Shown here: positions 62,928-62,955 of the stretch, piece by piece
Numbering within the stretch: position 1 is the first letter of the stretch
Layout of the letters: the number at the start of each line of letters is the position of its first letter
DNA from: Planctomycetota bacterium
GTDB taxonomy: Bacteria > Planctomycetota > Phycisphaerae > Phycisphaerales > UBA1924
NCBI GenBank assembly: GCA_022563015.1
Contig: JADFOF010000001.1
Coordinates: 1 to 62,955, forward strand
DNA: 62,955 nucleotides
Direction: 5' to 3'
Program-made: the position numbers and the translations under genes
The notes under the pieces: generated by a model
What the model was told of the DNA's origin: nothing
Database searches by the model: none
Seen by the model: only the letters and a program-made list of their open reading frames with translations

Positions 62928-62955
62928 GGAAAAGGTGGAGGCATCAGGCACGGAG

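Noticed and set aside
1-62955. CRISPR arrays, IS elements/transposases, integrases, prophage or toxin-antitoxin/defence modules; HIP1-like GCGATCGC enrichment
   Set aside because: No repeat-spacer periodicity and no transposase, integrase or phage-like translation appears in any frame. GCGATCGC occurs several times, but that is expected by chance in GC-rich coding DNA and I cannot test enrichment without computation.

Overview
High-GC (about 65% by eye) bacterial chromosomal window, densely coding on both strands. I recognised no rRNA, tRNA, CRISPR array or transposase. The gene content (two type II secretion/type IV pilus-like clusters, RNase Y, type III glutamine synthetase) fits a Planctomycetota/PVC-like organism, but that is a weak inference. 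Layout: (1) the 3' end of an S9 peptidase gene, then a response regulator and a GAF/HD-GYP c-di-GMP phosphodiesterase. (2) A long minus-strand operon (14453->2799): histidine kinase, STAS protein, MshE-type ATPase, PilC/GspF, PilM/N/O/P-like proteins, a major pilin and four minor pseudopilins. It has no secretin. (3) Three tandem paralogues of a secreted L(T/S)xxQ-repeat protein, with a homogenised 3'-end plus intergenic block repeating every 1432 bp. (4) A complete, translationally coupled T2SS operon, gspE-F-G-H-I-J-K-L-M-C-D plus a lipoprotein (19131..32116). (5) The most interesting locus, a minus-strand four-gene operon (38811->32178): DUF3467 protein, tandem-GAF/HlyD adaptor, PqqD-like/M50 protease/HlyD fusion, and a C-terminally truncated SecA-like ATPase. 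I cannot match this to any characterised secretion or peptide-processing system. (6) Housekeeping and accessory genes: yhhQ, scpB, DUF58 plus transglutaminase, a PilZ protein, rny, a YceI protein, guaA, an RsbW/STAS pair next to an orphan mlaE, a UbiA prenyltransferase, ribH, nusB, ftsY, an MscS channel, glnN, trpA and map. All calls come from reading the supplied ORF translations and the DNA. No database search was run. Many long ORFs antisense to recognisable genes were treated as high-GC artefacts.
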